Shown here in pieces: positions 1 through 11,803 of a DNA stretch of 64,000 bases. The translations under genes were made by a program, and so were the position numbers. The notes beneath the pieces are model-generated. The model was not told where the DNA came from. It was given only the letters and a program-made list of their open reading frames with translations, and did no database searches. Position 1 is the first letter of the stretch; every line of letters starts with the position of its first letter. The stretch is from Rickettsiales bacterium (GTDB lineage: Bacteria; Pseudomonadota; Alphaproteobacteria; Rickettsiales; BLZN01). Location of the stretch: positions 10,654 through 74,653 of the forward strand of contig BLZN01000136.1 in NCBI GenBank assembly GCA_014132315.1. Reading direction: 5' to 3'.

Positions 1-109
1 CATAGCTTTATATGCTTGACGGAGGTATCTAATTATTTTTAGCCAATCCTTAGTATCTAGCATTATTGCACTAATTGTCAAGACCACCAGCAGTTCTGCA
101 AGCGAGAAA

Positions 110-3100
110 CTAAGCATTATTTAAACTTTTTAGTTTGTTTACAATTATCGTGATTATGTTAATATCTATATTATTAATATTTCTTATATTACTAATAAAA
201 TCTTTGTAATGTTTTAAAGGCTTTCTCACACTCTTACACCATTTTTCTATTATTTCTGTACAAGGCTCATCCCCTTCGATGAATTTTGCCACTTTTTTTG
301 CCAAATACATTTGTTGGTCATATAGCTCTTCGGTGACCGTTTTTAGCGCGAACTTTGACCAATATTTTTTTTTGCCGGCATCATGTCTAATCTGCGATTT
401 TATTTTAGTTATATGTAATTTTTCTCCCAACAAAAAATATATTTTGGCGATCGTGATTATATCATGATTTGTTTCTTGTGCAACTTTGGCAACGCTCAAT
501 GCTGCCTCGAGCAGCTCTAACATTGCTATTTTTATGGCTAATTCATGCTTGAGGTTGTATGTGATTAATTTTTTAATTTTGCTGTTGATCATTTGCTGCA
601 GCGGCTTTGTCATCAGGCTCTGGAGGTTATCAAAAAATTTAGACATCGATACCGATAGCTCTTTGATTGCCTTGCCTATGTGTATCGGCTGTGTGTAATG
701 TCTCAGCAGCCAATACATAGAGTTTTCTGTGAGCTGCTGCGCTTCATTCAGCACCTCTGCCTTGACCTTGTTGGGCACTTTTCTTTCGGCATCTTCGATC
801 CCGTACCACACATCCTTTAGATTGAAGGAATCTCGGATGACTATATATGCCCTGAGTACATCACAGTAGAGCATGCCGGTGCTGTCTACAATATCAAAGA
901 TTGAATTCATGCCCGCTCGGTTGATAACGCTGTTTGTAACGTAAGTGGCGATAATTTCTCGCCTCAGGGGGTGATTTTGTATTTCTTTGCTGAACTTATC
1001 CCGCAGTATTTTGGGAAAATAAGACGTAAGATATCTATTAAAATAATCTTCATCTGGCAACTTGGAATTAATCAGCTCATTATACAAAGTCATTTTGCTA
1101 TAGGCCAGCAGCACCGCAAGCTCAGACCTGCTCAGACCTATTCCCCTGGCCAGCATATCCTCGATTGCTTTGTCGCTTGGCAGGTTTTCTACCTCACGAT
1201 TCAAGAGCCCTTGCTTTTCTAGTTTTCCCATGAGTCTTTTGTGCTGCTCCAGCGTGTCAGCGGCATTTATTTGCGCCACAGAGATGGCGATGTTCTGCAG
1301 TTTATTGTCGAGGAGGACCAAGTCAGTGACTTCTTTTTGCATGTTGAGCAATATTTTATTGCGTTCCTCCAGGGAAATTTTGCCCAGCTCCATTGCTCTG
1401 CTAAGCGCTATCTTAATATTAACCTCTCTATCTGAGCAGCTGACCCCAGAAGAATTATCGACAAAATCTGTGTTTATAATGCCGCCTTTGCGGGCATATT
1501 CTATCCTGCCCAGCTGGGTAAGTCCCAAATTTCCTCCTTCTGCGATGATTTTTGCCCTGGCTTCGCTGCCGTTTATTCTGATAGCATCATTGGATTTATC
1601 CTGTACCATTTCATGAGTTTCTTTATTAGACTTGATGAAAGTTCCTATGCCGCCGCTCCACAGCAGATCCACTGGCGCTTTTAATATTGCTTTTATCAGT
1701 CCGGCGGTTGATAGTATATCTTCCTTAATTTCCAGAATTTTTTTGATTTGAGGAGAGATCTTGATATGTTTACTGCTTCTATTAAAGATCCCGCCTCCTT
1801 CAGATATATGGTCTCTGTTGTAATCAGTCCAGGTAGATTTTGGTTTTTTGAATAGCCTTTTGCGCTCTAGGTAGCTGTTAGCTGGATCAGGATCAGGATC
1901 AATAAAAATGTGCTGATGATTAAATGCAGCAACCAGCTTTATTTTATCTGACAGCAGCATCCCGTTGCCAAACACATCTCCTGCCATATCACCAATGCCA
2001 ACTGCAGTGAAGCTTTCTTCCCTGATGTCTTTGCCCAGTTTATTAAAATGATATTCCACCGATATCCATGCGCCACGCGCAGTGATGCCGAGCTTTTTGT
2101 GGTCATAGCCGGCCGAGCCTCCAGAAGCAAAGGCATCTCCTAGCCAGAAATTATATTCTTTGGCGATCTCATTGGCATAGTCAGAGAAAGTCGCGGTGCC
2201 CTTGTCTGCTGCTGCTACCAGATATGGATCTTCTTTATCGTAGCAAATCACTTGTCTTGGCTTGGATATTTTATCATTGATAATATTGTCTGTGACATCC
2301 AAGATGCCCTGCAGAAAAGTCCTATAAGATCTAAGCCCATCTTTTATTTTGTCGTTTTCTTTGTTTGATTTTTTGGTTATAAAGCAACCTTTTGCACCCA
2401 CTGGGACTATCAGAGTATTTTTTGTCATCTGAGCTTTCATCAGTCCTAGGACCTCTGTGCGAAAATCTTCTATTCTATCTGACCATCTTATGCCCCCACG
2501 TGCCACTTCACCACCACGCAAATGAATCCCTTCTGTGTGCGCAGAATATACAAAAACTTCAGCAAATGGACGGGGTAGAGGGATAGAAGGTATAAGGTCA
2601 GCTTTTATTTTAAACGATATATAAGGTTTATTTTTGCCTTTTAGCTCTCCTGTGGTGTGTTTTTGGTAATAATTTGTTCTTGATATGGCTTTGATGATGT
2701 TAATCAGGCCTCTTATGATAGTGTCTTCGGAGATATTTTCTACTTCAAGTAATACATTTTCTATTTTGTCGATGTAAGTTTTGGCCAGTCTTTTTCGATC
2801 GATTCTTTTTATATTTCTAGTGTCAATTATCCTATCTCTATCCTTTCTTTCTTCTATCTCCAAATAATCTCCTGCTAATTTAGGGCTAAATTTAGTGTGG
2901 AATAATTTAACTAGCAGAACCGCAATCTCAGAGTGCTTGGCGAGTACATCCTGTATATAATTTTGGCTATATCTAAATTCTATTTGCCGCAGATACCTGC
3001 TCCATGCCCTAATCAGGGTTATATCCCGCCAGGATAGACCCGTTAAAATAATTAGTTTGTTGAAGCCGTCATTTTCTATATCGCTGTTTAATATCTTGAT

Positions 3101-4987
3101 CAGAGCCTCCTCAAATACTTCTTTTATTTCGCTAAGATCAATGGATTGCGTGTTTAATATCTCCAGATATAGATGATGAATCCAGCCAGTTTTTTCTTGC
3201 AAATTTATTTTATATCTATGGTGGGTCAGCACGCGGGTAGACATATTCTCGATAATCGGAATAGCTTTTGACAAGGTGAGGCTTTCCTGATCTACGATAT
3301 AGATTTTCAGCTGCAGTCTGTTGCCGCATTCTTTGGGCAAGCTATATAGCGCTGCGACTTTTGCATTCCGCTTCATCGCCTCTTCTATTCTTAGGATATC
3401 ATGGTATGCATGCTTGACGCTGAATTCTTCTCTGTAGCTGGGCAGGAAGGCTGTTTTATGCTTGCGGAACATAGCATCGCTTTGCTCTTTGCTGAGCTGC
3501 TCTTTTAGTATCCACTGCAGCTCATCTACCCAAATTTGCGACAAGCTGACCGTTTTTTTCTCCAGGGCCTTGATGTCTATTTTGGGAAGTGTCTCGGGGT
3601 TAGTTTTATACAGGAGCTGCAGCCTGGCCAGGTCCAGCTCTCCTATCACTATATGCTTATCAACTAATCTGCCCAGAAATGCCTCGGTCAGCATATCTTC
3701 TATTTTATTTTGGAGTGCCGTGCTGAATTTGGCCTGAGGAATATATATGATGCAGCTGACAAAGCGTTTTGTGGGGTCTACCCTCACAAAAAAAAGCTCG
3801 CGGGACTGGGTGGGTAGCTTTAAAATATTCATGCAGCAGTTAAACAAATATTGCTCTGAGCTTTGAAATAGCTCATCACGCGGAAAAGCCCGCAAAATTG
3901 CCGCGATTTCTTTGTTGATGTGATTGCCAACGCTAGCGCCTGCAAGTTCCTCCACAGCTAGCACTTTTTTTCTAATGATTGGTATGAGCTTTGCATCTTG
4001 ATAATATACCACTGAGGTGAATAAACCGAAAAAGCAGTACTGCCCAGTGATCTCTTTATTCTCATCCATTATTTTTATGCATATGCAGTCCATATGCGCA
4101 AGCCGGTGTACAACCGACACATAGTCTGACTTAGTAATTTCTATTAACTTTGGGCTCACGATGAAGTCATTGATATTGTTGGGCGGCAAGCCCGATATTT
4201 GACCATGCAATCTGTTTTGTCTTGCTATGCCAAGCAGAGTTTTGCTGTTGACCGCGGTCTCTACCTTGTTTTTTTTTTTGGTAAAGCTATATTCTTCATA
4301 TCCCAAAAAAACGAAATTATCGCTTCTCAACCATTCCAAAAACTTATAACTTTCTTTTATTTCTTCTTCGAGAAAGAATCCGTATAATTGGCCGACTTTA
4401 AGCATTGTATAGCTTACCTTATTTACCATTTTTTGCCAATCACTTACACATATTTTAACTGTGCTTAGTGTTTTGTTTATTTCTTGCTTTATGGCTTGGC
4501 ATCGCTTTTTGCTGCCTATTTTGGAGATTGAGAGGTGTACTAGTGCTTCTTTGCGGAATTTATTGTCATTATATACTCCGGGTGCACCAATGCTGATTAC
4601 GCTGCCCCGGTCGTTGCGTATTGTAGTGATTAGTGCATGAACATTGATATATATGGTAAGATTATTTTTTTTTAGCAATTCTATTACTGAATCTAGGATA
4701 AATGGCGTGTCGCTTGCTATAATCTCGATTATAGTGAACTGAGGCTGTCCTGTTTCTTTGCTTGTGTTAAAAACTTTAATTTTCCTGTCGCGTCTCCCCA
4801 AATCTTGTGTGAACTGATAGCAGCTATCAACGATATTAAATAGCTGCTCTGCCTCTATATTTGCAATTTCTGCTGTGATTAAGGAGGAATGGAAATGCTG
4901 TATGAAATTTTCTAAGTTATCTGATAATAAGCCTTTTTCCTTGGCTATATTTATGATGGATTTTATAATTGATTCTTTTTCCTTCAT
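110..4987 (-). CDS. gdh: NAD-specific glutamate dehydrogenase, giant (~180 kDa) bacterial class
   Basis: Uninterrupted 1625-aa ORF. Core strings GGIRWSDRIEDFRTEVLGLMKAQMTKN, AAADKGTATFSDYAN and GGSAGYDHKKLGITARGAW are typical of the large NAD-GDH family. Confidence 0.9.
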   Translation of the reverse strand: MKEKESIIKSIINIAKEKGLLSDNLENFIQHFHSSLITAEIANIEAEQLFNIVDSCYQFTQDLGRRDRKIKVFNTSKETGQPQFTIIEIIASDTPFILDSVIELLKKNNLTIYINVHALITTIRNDRGSVISIGAPGVYNDNKFRKEALVHLSISKIGSKKRCQAIKQEINKTLSTVKICVSDWQKMVNKVSYTMLKVGQLYGFFLEEEIKESYKFLEWLRSDNFVFLGYEEYSFTKKKNKVETAVNSKTLLGIARQNRLHGQISGLPPNNINDFIVSPKLIEITKSDYVSVVHRLAHMDCICIKIMDENKEITGQYCFFGLFTSVVYYQDAKLIPIIRKKVLAVEELAGASVGNHINKEIAAILRAFPRDELFQSSEQYLFNCCMNILKLPTQSRELFFVRVDPTKRFVSCIIYIPQAKFSTALQNKIEDMLTEAFLGRLVDKHIVIGELDLARLQLLYKTNPETLPKIDIKALEKKTVSLSQIWVDELQWILKEQLSKEQSDAMFRKHKTAFLPSYREEFSVKHAYHDILRIEEAMKRNAKVAALYSLPKECGNRLQLKIYIVDQESLTLSKAIPIIENMSTRVLTHHRYKINLQEKTGWIHHLYLEILNTQSIDLSEIKEVFEEALIKILNSDIENDGFNKLIILTGLSWRDITLIRAWSRYLRQIEFRYSQNYIQDVLAKHSEIAVLLVKLFHTKFSPKLAGDYLEIEERKDRDRIIDTRNIKRIDRKRLAKTYIDKIENVLLEVENISEDTIIRGLINIIKAISRTNYYQKHTTGELKGKNKPYISFKIKADLIPSIPLPRPFAEVFVYSAHTEGIHLRGGEVARGGIRWSDRIEDFRTEVLGLMKAQMTKNTLIVPVGAKGCFITKKSNKENDKIKDGLRSYRTFLQGILDVTDNIINDKISKPRQVICYDKEDPYLVAAADKGTATFSDYANEIAKEYNFWLGDAFASGGSAGYDHKKLGITARGAWISVEYHFNKLGKDIREESFTAVGIGDMAGDVFGNGMLLSDKIKLVAAFNHQHIFIDPDPDPANSYLERKRLFKKPKSTWTDYNRDHISEGGGIFNRSSKHIKISPQIKKILEIKEDILSTAGLIKAILKAPVDLLWSGGIGTFIKSNKETHEMVQDKSNDAIRINGSEARAKIIAEGGNLGLTQLGRIEYARKGGIINTDFVDNSSGVSCSDREVNIKIALSRAMELGKISLEERNKILLNMQKEVTDLVLLDNKLQNIAISVAQINAADTLEQHKRLMGKLEKQGLLNREVENLPSDKAIEDMLARGIGLSRSELAVLLAYSKMTLYNELINSKLPDEDYFNRYLTSYFPKILRDKFSKEIQNHPLRREIIATYVTNSVINRAGMNSIFDIVDSTGMLYCDVLRAYIVIRDSFNLKDVWYGIEDAERKVPNKVKAEVLNEAQQLTENSMYWLLRHYTQPIHIGKAIKELSVSMSKFFDNLQSLMTKPLQQMINSKIKKLITYNLKHELAIKIAMLELLEAALSVAKVAQETNHDIITIAKIYFLLGEKLHITKIKSQIRHDAGKKKYWSKFALKTVTEELYDQQMYLAKKVAKFIEGDEPCTEIIEKWCKSVRKPLKHYKDFISNIRNINNIDINIITIIVNKLKSLNNA

Positions 4988-5217
4988 GATGCTATAAGCT
5001 TAACTTAGCTATGGCTAGTCTTTGCATCGTTAAGCACTCCATATATTTTTGATATATTGTTCATAAGGCTTTATTTATTTGCTATTATTATGAATAATAT
5101 TTACTACTAAGTGGTTAATGCAGTTAGTCCTATATGGATTATTTTTTTCTATTGATTATAAGATTGCATAGCGCTCTTCAGTGTGATATAGCCATATTAT
5201 CTATTTTCTCAGGTTAA

Positions 5218-6273
<1,056 letters not shown>

Positions 6274-6397
6274 ATTCTTAACTATTACTCGGTTCATTGA
6301 CTTAAAGTTGCTTACAGCAGAATAATTTATTATACATTATGTATGCATAATATTTTTGCTAGAATGAGCACGCTTTTTGCGAATTTACTTGGTTTTT

Positions 6398-7630
6398 ATG
6401 TCTAAAGTTATAACTTTTGGTTGCCGTCTTAATGCATATGAAAGTGAATCAATAAAGAAAATAACCCGTGATCTCAAAAATACTATTATAGTAAATACTT
6501 GCTCGGTTACAAAGGAGGCGGAAAGACAGGCACAGCAGGCAATTCGCAAGATTTATCGTCAAAATCCAGATGCAAGTATAGTTGTAGTTGGCTGTGCGGC
6601 TCAGATCCATCCTGATACATATTCCAAGATGCAGGGGGTGCGCAAGGTTCTGGGAAATATTGAGAAATTAAGGCTCGAGAGCTATCTGACTGAGGAAAAG
6701 GTGTTGGTTGGTGATATTGCTTCTGCGAAGAGAAATCGCGTGCAGCTGGTCAGTGAATTTGAGGGCAGGGCCAGGGCTTTTGTGGAAATCCAGAATGGGT
6801 GCAATCATCGCTGCACTTTCTGCAATATTCCCTATGCTAGGGGAAATAATCGCTCTGTGCCGATTGATGAGATCATAGAACAGGTTAAAATATTAGTGGA
6901 TAGGGGATATAAGGAAGTGGTGTTTACTGGGGTTGACATAAGTGATTTTGGTGCTGACCTGCCCGGAAGACCTACTTTAGCACAACTAGTACGCAGATTA
7001 CTCATGCTGGTGCCTGAGCTGCCGAGGCTGCGTCTTTCTTCGATTGACGTTGCAGAAATTGATCAAGATCTGATGAACATCATAGCAACGGAGTGCCGAC
7101 TGATGCCGCATCTGCACCTTAGCCTGCAATCAGGGAACAACCTGATACTCAAGAGGATGAAGAGAAGACATACCCGGGAGCAGGTGCTGGATTTTTGCCT
7201 GAAGATAAGGTCGCTGAGGCCTGAGATTGCTCTGGGAGCGGACGTTATTGCGGGTTTTCCTACTGAAACTGAGACGATGTTTATGGACAGTTACAATTTG
7301 ATCAAAGAGCTGAACATTGTTTATCTGCATGTTTTTCCTTATTCCATCCGGGAAGAGACCCCCGCTGCTAGAATGCCTCAGGTTCCTAATGCACTCAAAA
7401 AAGACAGGGTAAAAAAATTGTTAGAGCTTTGCAGGCAAAACAAAAGCAGCTTTTATCACTCGTTGATCGGTAGCATGCAGAGCATCGTGGTTGAAAAAAG
7501 CGACAGAGGGACAGCAGAAAATTTTGCCAGCGTTAAACTGTCTCAGTCCGCAAAAATTGGCAGTATTTTGAATGTGAAAATTTTAGACGCTGATTGTGAT
7601 GGTCTGGCTGCTGAGCTTCACATAGCTTAA
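6398..7630 (+). CDS. mtaB: Radical-SAM tRNA methylthiotransferase (MtaB/MiaB family)
   Basis: N-terminal MTTase string ITFGCRLNAYESE and radical-SAM cluster CNHRCTFCNIPYARG. I place the start at ATG 6398 rather than the track's TTG 6377. Confidence 0.85.
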   Translation: MSKVITFGCRLNAYESESIKKITRDLKNTIIVNTCSVTKEAERQAQQAIRKIYRQNPDASIVVVGCAAQIHPDTYSKMQGVRKVLGNIEKLRLESYLTEEKVLVGDIASAKRNRVQLVSEFEGRARAFVEIQNGCNHRCTFCNIPYARGNNRSVPIDEIIEQVKILVDRGYKEVVFTGVDISDFGADLPGRPTLAQLVRRLLMLVPELPRLRLSSIDVAEIDQDLMNIIATECRLMPHLHLSLQSGNNLILKRMKRRHTREQVLDFCLKIRSLRPEIALGADVIAGFPTETETMFMDSYNLIKELNIVYLHVFPYSIREETPAARMPQVPNALKKDRVKKLLELCRQNKSSFYHSLIGSMQSIVVEKSDRGTAENFASVKLSQSAKIGSILNVKILDADCDGLAAELHIA

Positions 7631-7947
7631 TTCCATAGCTTCTCAAGCTGATAATATTCTCTAACTGGGGTGCGAAATATATGCACCACCACCTCTCTTA
7701 TGTCGATCGCAACCCAGTTGCCATCTTCTAGGCCTGTGATTGTGAAGTTTTTATATCTAGCCTGCAGGAGTGATTTTTTCAAGTTCCTAGCTATGCTGAT
7801 TACTTGTTTTTCAACACTGGCTGAGCATATCACAAAATATTTTGCTATGTCGCTTTTGTCTTTGAGGTCAATTATTGATATGTCTTGCGCTTTGTGCTTT
7901 TCTAAAGTTTCTTGAGTAATCTGGAGCAGCTCTTTTATCTTTTCCAT
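7627..7947 (-). CDS. rsfS: Ribosome silencing factor RsfS (iojap-like)
   Basis: 106 aa with DLKDKSDIAKYFVICSASV...WVAIDIREVVVHIF...YYQLEKLW. Overlaps the upstream nadD by 13 nt, the usual nadD-rsfS pairing. Confidence 0.85.
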   Translation of the reverse strand: MEKIKELLQITQETLEKHKAQDISIIDLKDKSDIAKYFVICSASVEKQVISIARNLKKSLLQARYKNFTITGLEDGNWVAIDIREVVVHIFRTPVREYYQLEKLWN

Positions 7948-8516
7948 GTGCTTCTAATTGAGACTGATGAAGTATATATTCGCCTGATTCTGAATAAATG
8001 CCAGCCAGATTTTTTATGCAACAACATTCTAGCATTTATTGCCCTATTTGTAAAGATCGCAGCTTTGCTGTTTGTGGCTTTATATTTTGCCTTTCCTCTG
8101 TCGAAAGCCAGAATTGGCGTTGATTTTGCTATGTCTTGCCATCTCTTCCAGTTGTGGAATTGCAACAAATTATCTATTCCCATTAGCCAAATAAATTTGT
8201 AGTTAGGAAATCTTTTTTTGAGTGCGTATATAGTATTTACTGTGTAGCAACTCCTGAGTTTTTTCTCAACGTCTGTCACCACAATCCTGCTGTTTTTAGA
8301 TAGGCTGATGGCCAATTTTTTGCGCCGGAATATATCAAGCTCTGCTGGCTCTGGTTTTAGTGGATTCTGCGGGGTAATCAGCCACCAAATTTGATTAAGA
8401 TTCAGCTTCTTGATTGCTTGCAGGGAGATCTCTAAATGACCTACATGCGGAGGATCAAAAGACCCTCCAAGCAGACCTATTTTCAGTCTAGAATTAGTCT
8501 TTATTAGACTTAGCAT
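7935..8516 (-). CDS. nadD: Nicotinate-nucleotide adenylyltransferase
   Basis: 193 aa. Nucleotidyltransferase motif GLLGGSFDPPHVGH near the N-terminus. Confidence 0.85.
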   Translation of the reverse strand: MLSLIKTNSRLKIGLLGGSFDPPHVGHLEISLQAIKKLNLNQIWWLITPQNPLKPEPAELDIFRRKKLAISLSKNSRIVVTDVEKKLRSCYTVNTIYALKKRFPNYKFIWLMGIDNLLQFHNWKRWQDIAKSTPILAFDRGKAKYKATNSKAAIFTNRAINARMLLHKKSGWHLFRIRRIYTSSVSIRSTWKR

Positions 8517-8608
8517 TAATTGGCAATTAGATTTTACATACAGATTTCCTTTGCCATTTTGGCATATCTAATGTAAATTGTATCTTAAATTATTCATAGT
8601 ACCCGTTT

Positions 8609-9865
8609 ATGAAAAGACGTGTAGTTTTTATTTCCATGCTAGGCAATGCTCTGGAATGGTACGATTATTCTTTATATGGTCATTTTGCCGTAATCATAAG
8701 CAAATTATTTTTCCCTTCTGGCAATCAGTTTTTGTCGCTGATTAGCACCTTTGCTGTGTTTGCTTGCGGTTTCTTGGCCAGACCTTTGGGTGGAATTGTG
8801 TTTGGCTATGTAGGTGATAAATATGGCAGGCGGCTTTCTTTGGCGAGCGCAATCTTGATGATGGCAGTGCCAACTGCGCTCATAGGGCTGCTGCCGAGCT
8901 ACGAGGCCATAGGGGTAGCTGCCCCGATATCACTGGTCATAATACGTCTCCTGCAGGGTCTTTCCATGGGTGGGGCTTTTAGCGGCACGATGATCTTTAC
9001 GGTGGAACATGCTAGGCCGGGCAGCAGGGGCCTTGTTGGCAGTGCATCAGTTTGTAGCTTGGGAATAGGGTTTTTGTTGGGCTCGAGCGTTGCTAGTATC
9101 TGCTCCCTTTTCATTCCTGATGAGGCTTTTCTCAGCTGGGGCTGGAGGCTTCCATTCATATTCAGCATTTTATTTAGTTTTGTTGCTTTTTATATTAACA
9201 GTCATACCAGTGAGAGCGAAATATATGCTAATCATAAAGCAAGTTCAGATTCTACAAGCACTCCAATTGTCGAGGCATTCAAGAATTATAAGCTGCCGAT
9301 GCTGATGGCGCTTAATGTATATCTTACCATCACAGTGCCTTTTTATACTTATTCTGTTTTTGTGAATAATTTTATCGCTAATATCCTGCATCAGGGCCTT
9401 GATCATGGCCTTATTGTTAATATTTCCGGAATGGTTACTTTGGCAATAATCGCGCCGGTTGCTGCATATGTCTCAGATAAGATTGGCAGGAGGCCGGTCT
9501 TAATTTTTGCCTGTATTGCTCTTTTGTTGTTCACTTATCCTTATTTCAAGTTGCTATCAACTGGCGATATTGTTTTGCAGATTGCAGCCCAGATTATTTT
9601 TGCTTTTATTCATGCCATATACTTTGGTCCTGTGCCTGCTGTTTTAGTAGAGCTCTTTCCCACCAAAGTGCGCTATACTGGCATGTCCGTTTCTTATAAT
9701 CTGAGTGTTGCTCTTTTTGGTGGCACGTTGCCTATGGTTGCTATATGGCTGATTTATATAACCAAAAGCAACCTGGCGGTCTCTTATTATATCATGGCGG
9801 TAGTTTTATGCACCTTGGCGACTCTTGTTTTCACGCCCGAGACCCATAAGAGAGACCTGAGATAA
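8609..9865 (+). CDS. MFS transporter, ProP-like (proline/betaine family)
   Basis: 418 aa and about 12 hydrophobic segments. Contains LEWYDYSLYGHFA and the sugar-transporter-like loop GDKYGRR / SDKIGRRP. Confidence 0.8.
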   Translation: MKRRVVFISMLGNALEWYDYSLYGHFAVIISKLFFPSGNQFLSLISTFAVFACGFLARPLGGIVFGYVGDKYGRRLSLASAILMMAVPTALIGLLPSYEAIGVAAPISLVIIRLLQGLSMGGAFSGTMIFTVEHARPGSRGLVGSASVCSLGIGFLLGSSVASICSLFIPDEAFLSWGWRLPFIFSILFSFVAFYINSHTSESEIYANHKASSDSTSTPIVEAFKNYKLPMLMALNVYLTITVPFYTYSVFVNNFIANILHQGLDHGLIVNISGMVTLAIIAPVAAYVSDKIGRRPVLIFACIALLLFTYPYFKLLSTGDIVLQIAAQIIFAFIHAIYFGPVPAVLVELFPTKVRYTGMSVSYNLSVALFGGTLPMVAIWLIYITKSNLAVSYYIMAVVLCTLATLVFTPETHKRDLR

Positions 9866-9870
9866 TAAAA

Positions 9871-10332
9871 ATGAACACCAAGCCTAAAATCATAGTAATT
9901 AATGGCCCTAATCTTAATCTGCTGGGCACCAGAAAACAGAAAATATATGGCGTTCAGACTTTAGTAGAAATAGAGGCTAAGTGCAGAGATGAGGCAAGTA
10001 ATCTAAGCATTGCGCTTGATTTTTTTCAGAGTAATTCCGAAGGAGAGATTGTGACAAAAATTCAACAGTCTCCGGACAATTATCAAGGGATTATAATCAA
10101 TGCCGCTGCATATTCTCATAGCTCTATTGCGATACTAGACGCATTAGAGGTATTAGAAGCGGCAGATTTACCTATAATTGAGGTGCATCTGTCCAATATT
10201 TATGCTCGTGAGGAATTCAGAAGAAAATCCCTCATCTCCTCCATTGCTAGCGGAGTAATCTGTGGCTTTGGGGGCATGGGATATTTGCTGGCTCTGAAGG
10301 CAATTGCGAAAATTTTGCATAGCAGGGCCTAG
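9871..10332 (+). CDS. aroQ: 3-dehydroquinate dehydratase, type II
   Basis: 153 aa. Contains INGPNLNLLGTR...IYG, FFQSNSEGEIV, IINAAAYSHSSIAI and IEVHLSNIYAREEFR. Confidence 0.9.
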   Translation: MNTKPKIIVINGPNLNLLGTRKQKIYGVQTLVEIEAKCRDEASNLSIALDFFQSNSEGEIVTKIQQSPDNYQGIIINAAAYSHSSIAILDALEVLEAADLPIIEVHLSNIYAREEFRRKSLISSIASGVICGFGGMGYLLALKAIAKILHSRA

Positions 10333-10370
10333 TTATTTTTAGAAATTTAGCTTCATTGAGTCTCATAGAT

Positions 10371-11681
10371 TTAGCTATATTTTCCTGTTAGTCTAGACAA
10401 AATCTTTTCTTTGCCGATCAGTGGCAGCATCCTTGCTAATTCTGGCCCCTGCTCCTGTCCTGTTATGGCTTGGCGCAGCGGCAAGAAGAGACCCCGGCCT
10501 TTTCTCTGGGTTTTTGCTTGCAAGGATTTTGTCCACACATCCCATGTATTCTTATCAACTTCCCCCTCTGGGAAAAGTGCTTTTGCAGTCTCTATAAATT
10601 CTTTATCCTCAATTATAGGTGCTATTTTTTCTTTGCAGATCTCCCGCCATTTTTTGGCATCGGAAAACTTCTCAATATTACCGCGCACGGCATACCAAAA
10701 ATCCTCATCCTCTATTTGCATCGATTTTAGGCGGGATTTTGCGTGCTTGAAATCTAAATTATGCAAAAATTCTTTGTTTAATAACCTTAATTTATCTATG
10801 TCAAACAGCGTGGTGGCTTTGCTAAATTTTGTTATATCAAAATTTTTGATTAGCTCATCCATATTGAAATATGGTTTTATATTGTCCGATGTGCCGATTT
10901 TTGCCAGGTAGCTGCTTATCGTCATTGGTTCTATTTCTTGCTCAAGCAACGACGAAATCGCAAGATCACCCAGACGCTTAGAAATTTTTCCCTGATGGTG
11001 CATCAGCGGCAGATGCGCAAATTCCATTCTGCTGGCGCTCTGCAGAGCCTGAGAAAGCTGAATCTGGATCGCGGTATTAGTCAGGTGGTCCTCGCCGCGG
11101 ATTATGTGCGTGACGCCGAATTCTATATCGTCCACCACAGAGGGCAGCATATAAGTTAGGGTGCCGTTGGTGCGGATTATGATCGGGTCGCCAAGGTTTT
11201 TCGCCAAGAATTTTATCGGTCCTTTGATGAGGTCGTGCCAGCAGATTTCTTCTTCTGTGTTTATTTTAAAACGCCAGTGTGGCTCTCTGTTGTCTCTTGG
11301 TACCTGCATCTTGAGAGCAGCACGGTCATATATTGGCGGCAGGCCTCTGCTTAGCTGCTCTCTGCGTTTTAATTCCAGTTCTTCTGGAGTTTCATAGCAC
11401 GGATAAAGGCGATTTTGCTCTTTTAGCTGTGCAATTGCCCGATTATAATTTTCTAAATGCTCGGATTGCCTAGCAAAAATATCATAATCCAGGCGCAGCC
11501 TTTCTAAATCCCGGAGGATTTGGTCTTCATATTCCTTGCTGCATCGCTGCTGGTCTGTGTCGTCTATTCTAAGCATGAATTTGCCCCTGCTAGAGCGGGC
11601 AAATAGCCAGTTTATGAGAGCTGTCCTGATGTTGCCAACGTGTAGGTTACCAGTTGGGCTGGGAGCAAATCTAGCAAGCAT
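10371..11681 (-). CDS. gltX: Glutamyl-tRNA synthetase
   Basis: 436 aa. Class-I start RFAPSPTGNLHVGNIRTAL, then IIRGEDHLTNT and KISKR (KMSKS-like). Confidence 0.85.
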   Translation of the reverse strand: MLARFAPSPTGNLHVGNIRTALINWLFARSSRGKFMLRIDDTDQQRCSKEYEDQILRDLERLRLDYDIFARQSEHLENYNRAIAQLKEQNRLYPCYETPEELELKRREQLSRGLPPIYDRAALKMQVPRDNREPHWRFKINTEEEICWHDLIKGPIKFLAKNLGDPIIIRTNGTLTYMLPSVVDDIEFGVTHIIRGEDHLTNTAIQIQLSQALQSASRMEFAHLPLMHHQGKISKRLGDLAISSLLEQEIEPMTISSYLAKIGTSDNIKPYFNMDELIKNFDITKFSKATTLFDIDKLRLLNKEFLHNLDFKHAKSRLKSMQIEDEDFWYAVRGNIEKFSDAKKWREICKEKIAPIIEDKEFIETAKALFPEGEVDKNTWDVWTKSLQAKTQRKGRGLFLPLRQAITGQEQGPELARMLPLIGKEKILSRLTGKYS

Positions 11682-11803
11682 AAATTAATATTTATTATTT
11701 AATACTTATTTTATATATAGGCTAAGCTTATTATTTATAGCAAAAATTTACAAGCCCCAATTGCGCGTCTTTGTTTTATCCACTGCTCCCATTTACTCTC
11801 ATT

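Noticed and set aside
1-109. Window-edge sequence beginning with cat, considered as the start of a minus-strand gene lying outside the window
   Set aside because: Nothing inside the window allows this to be tested.
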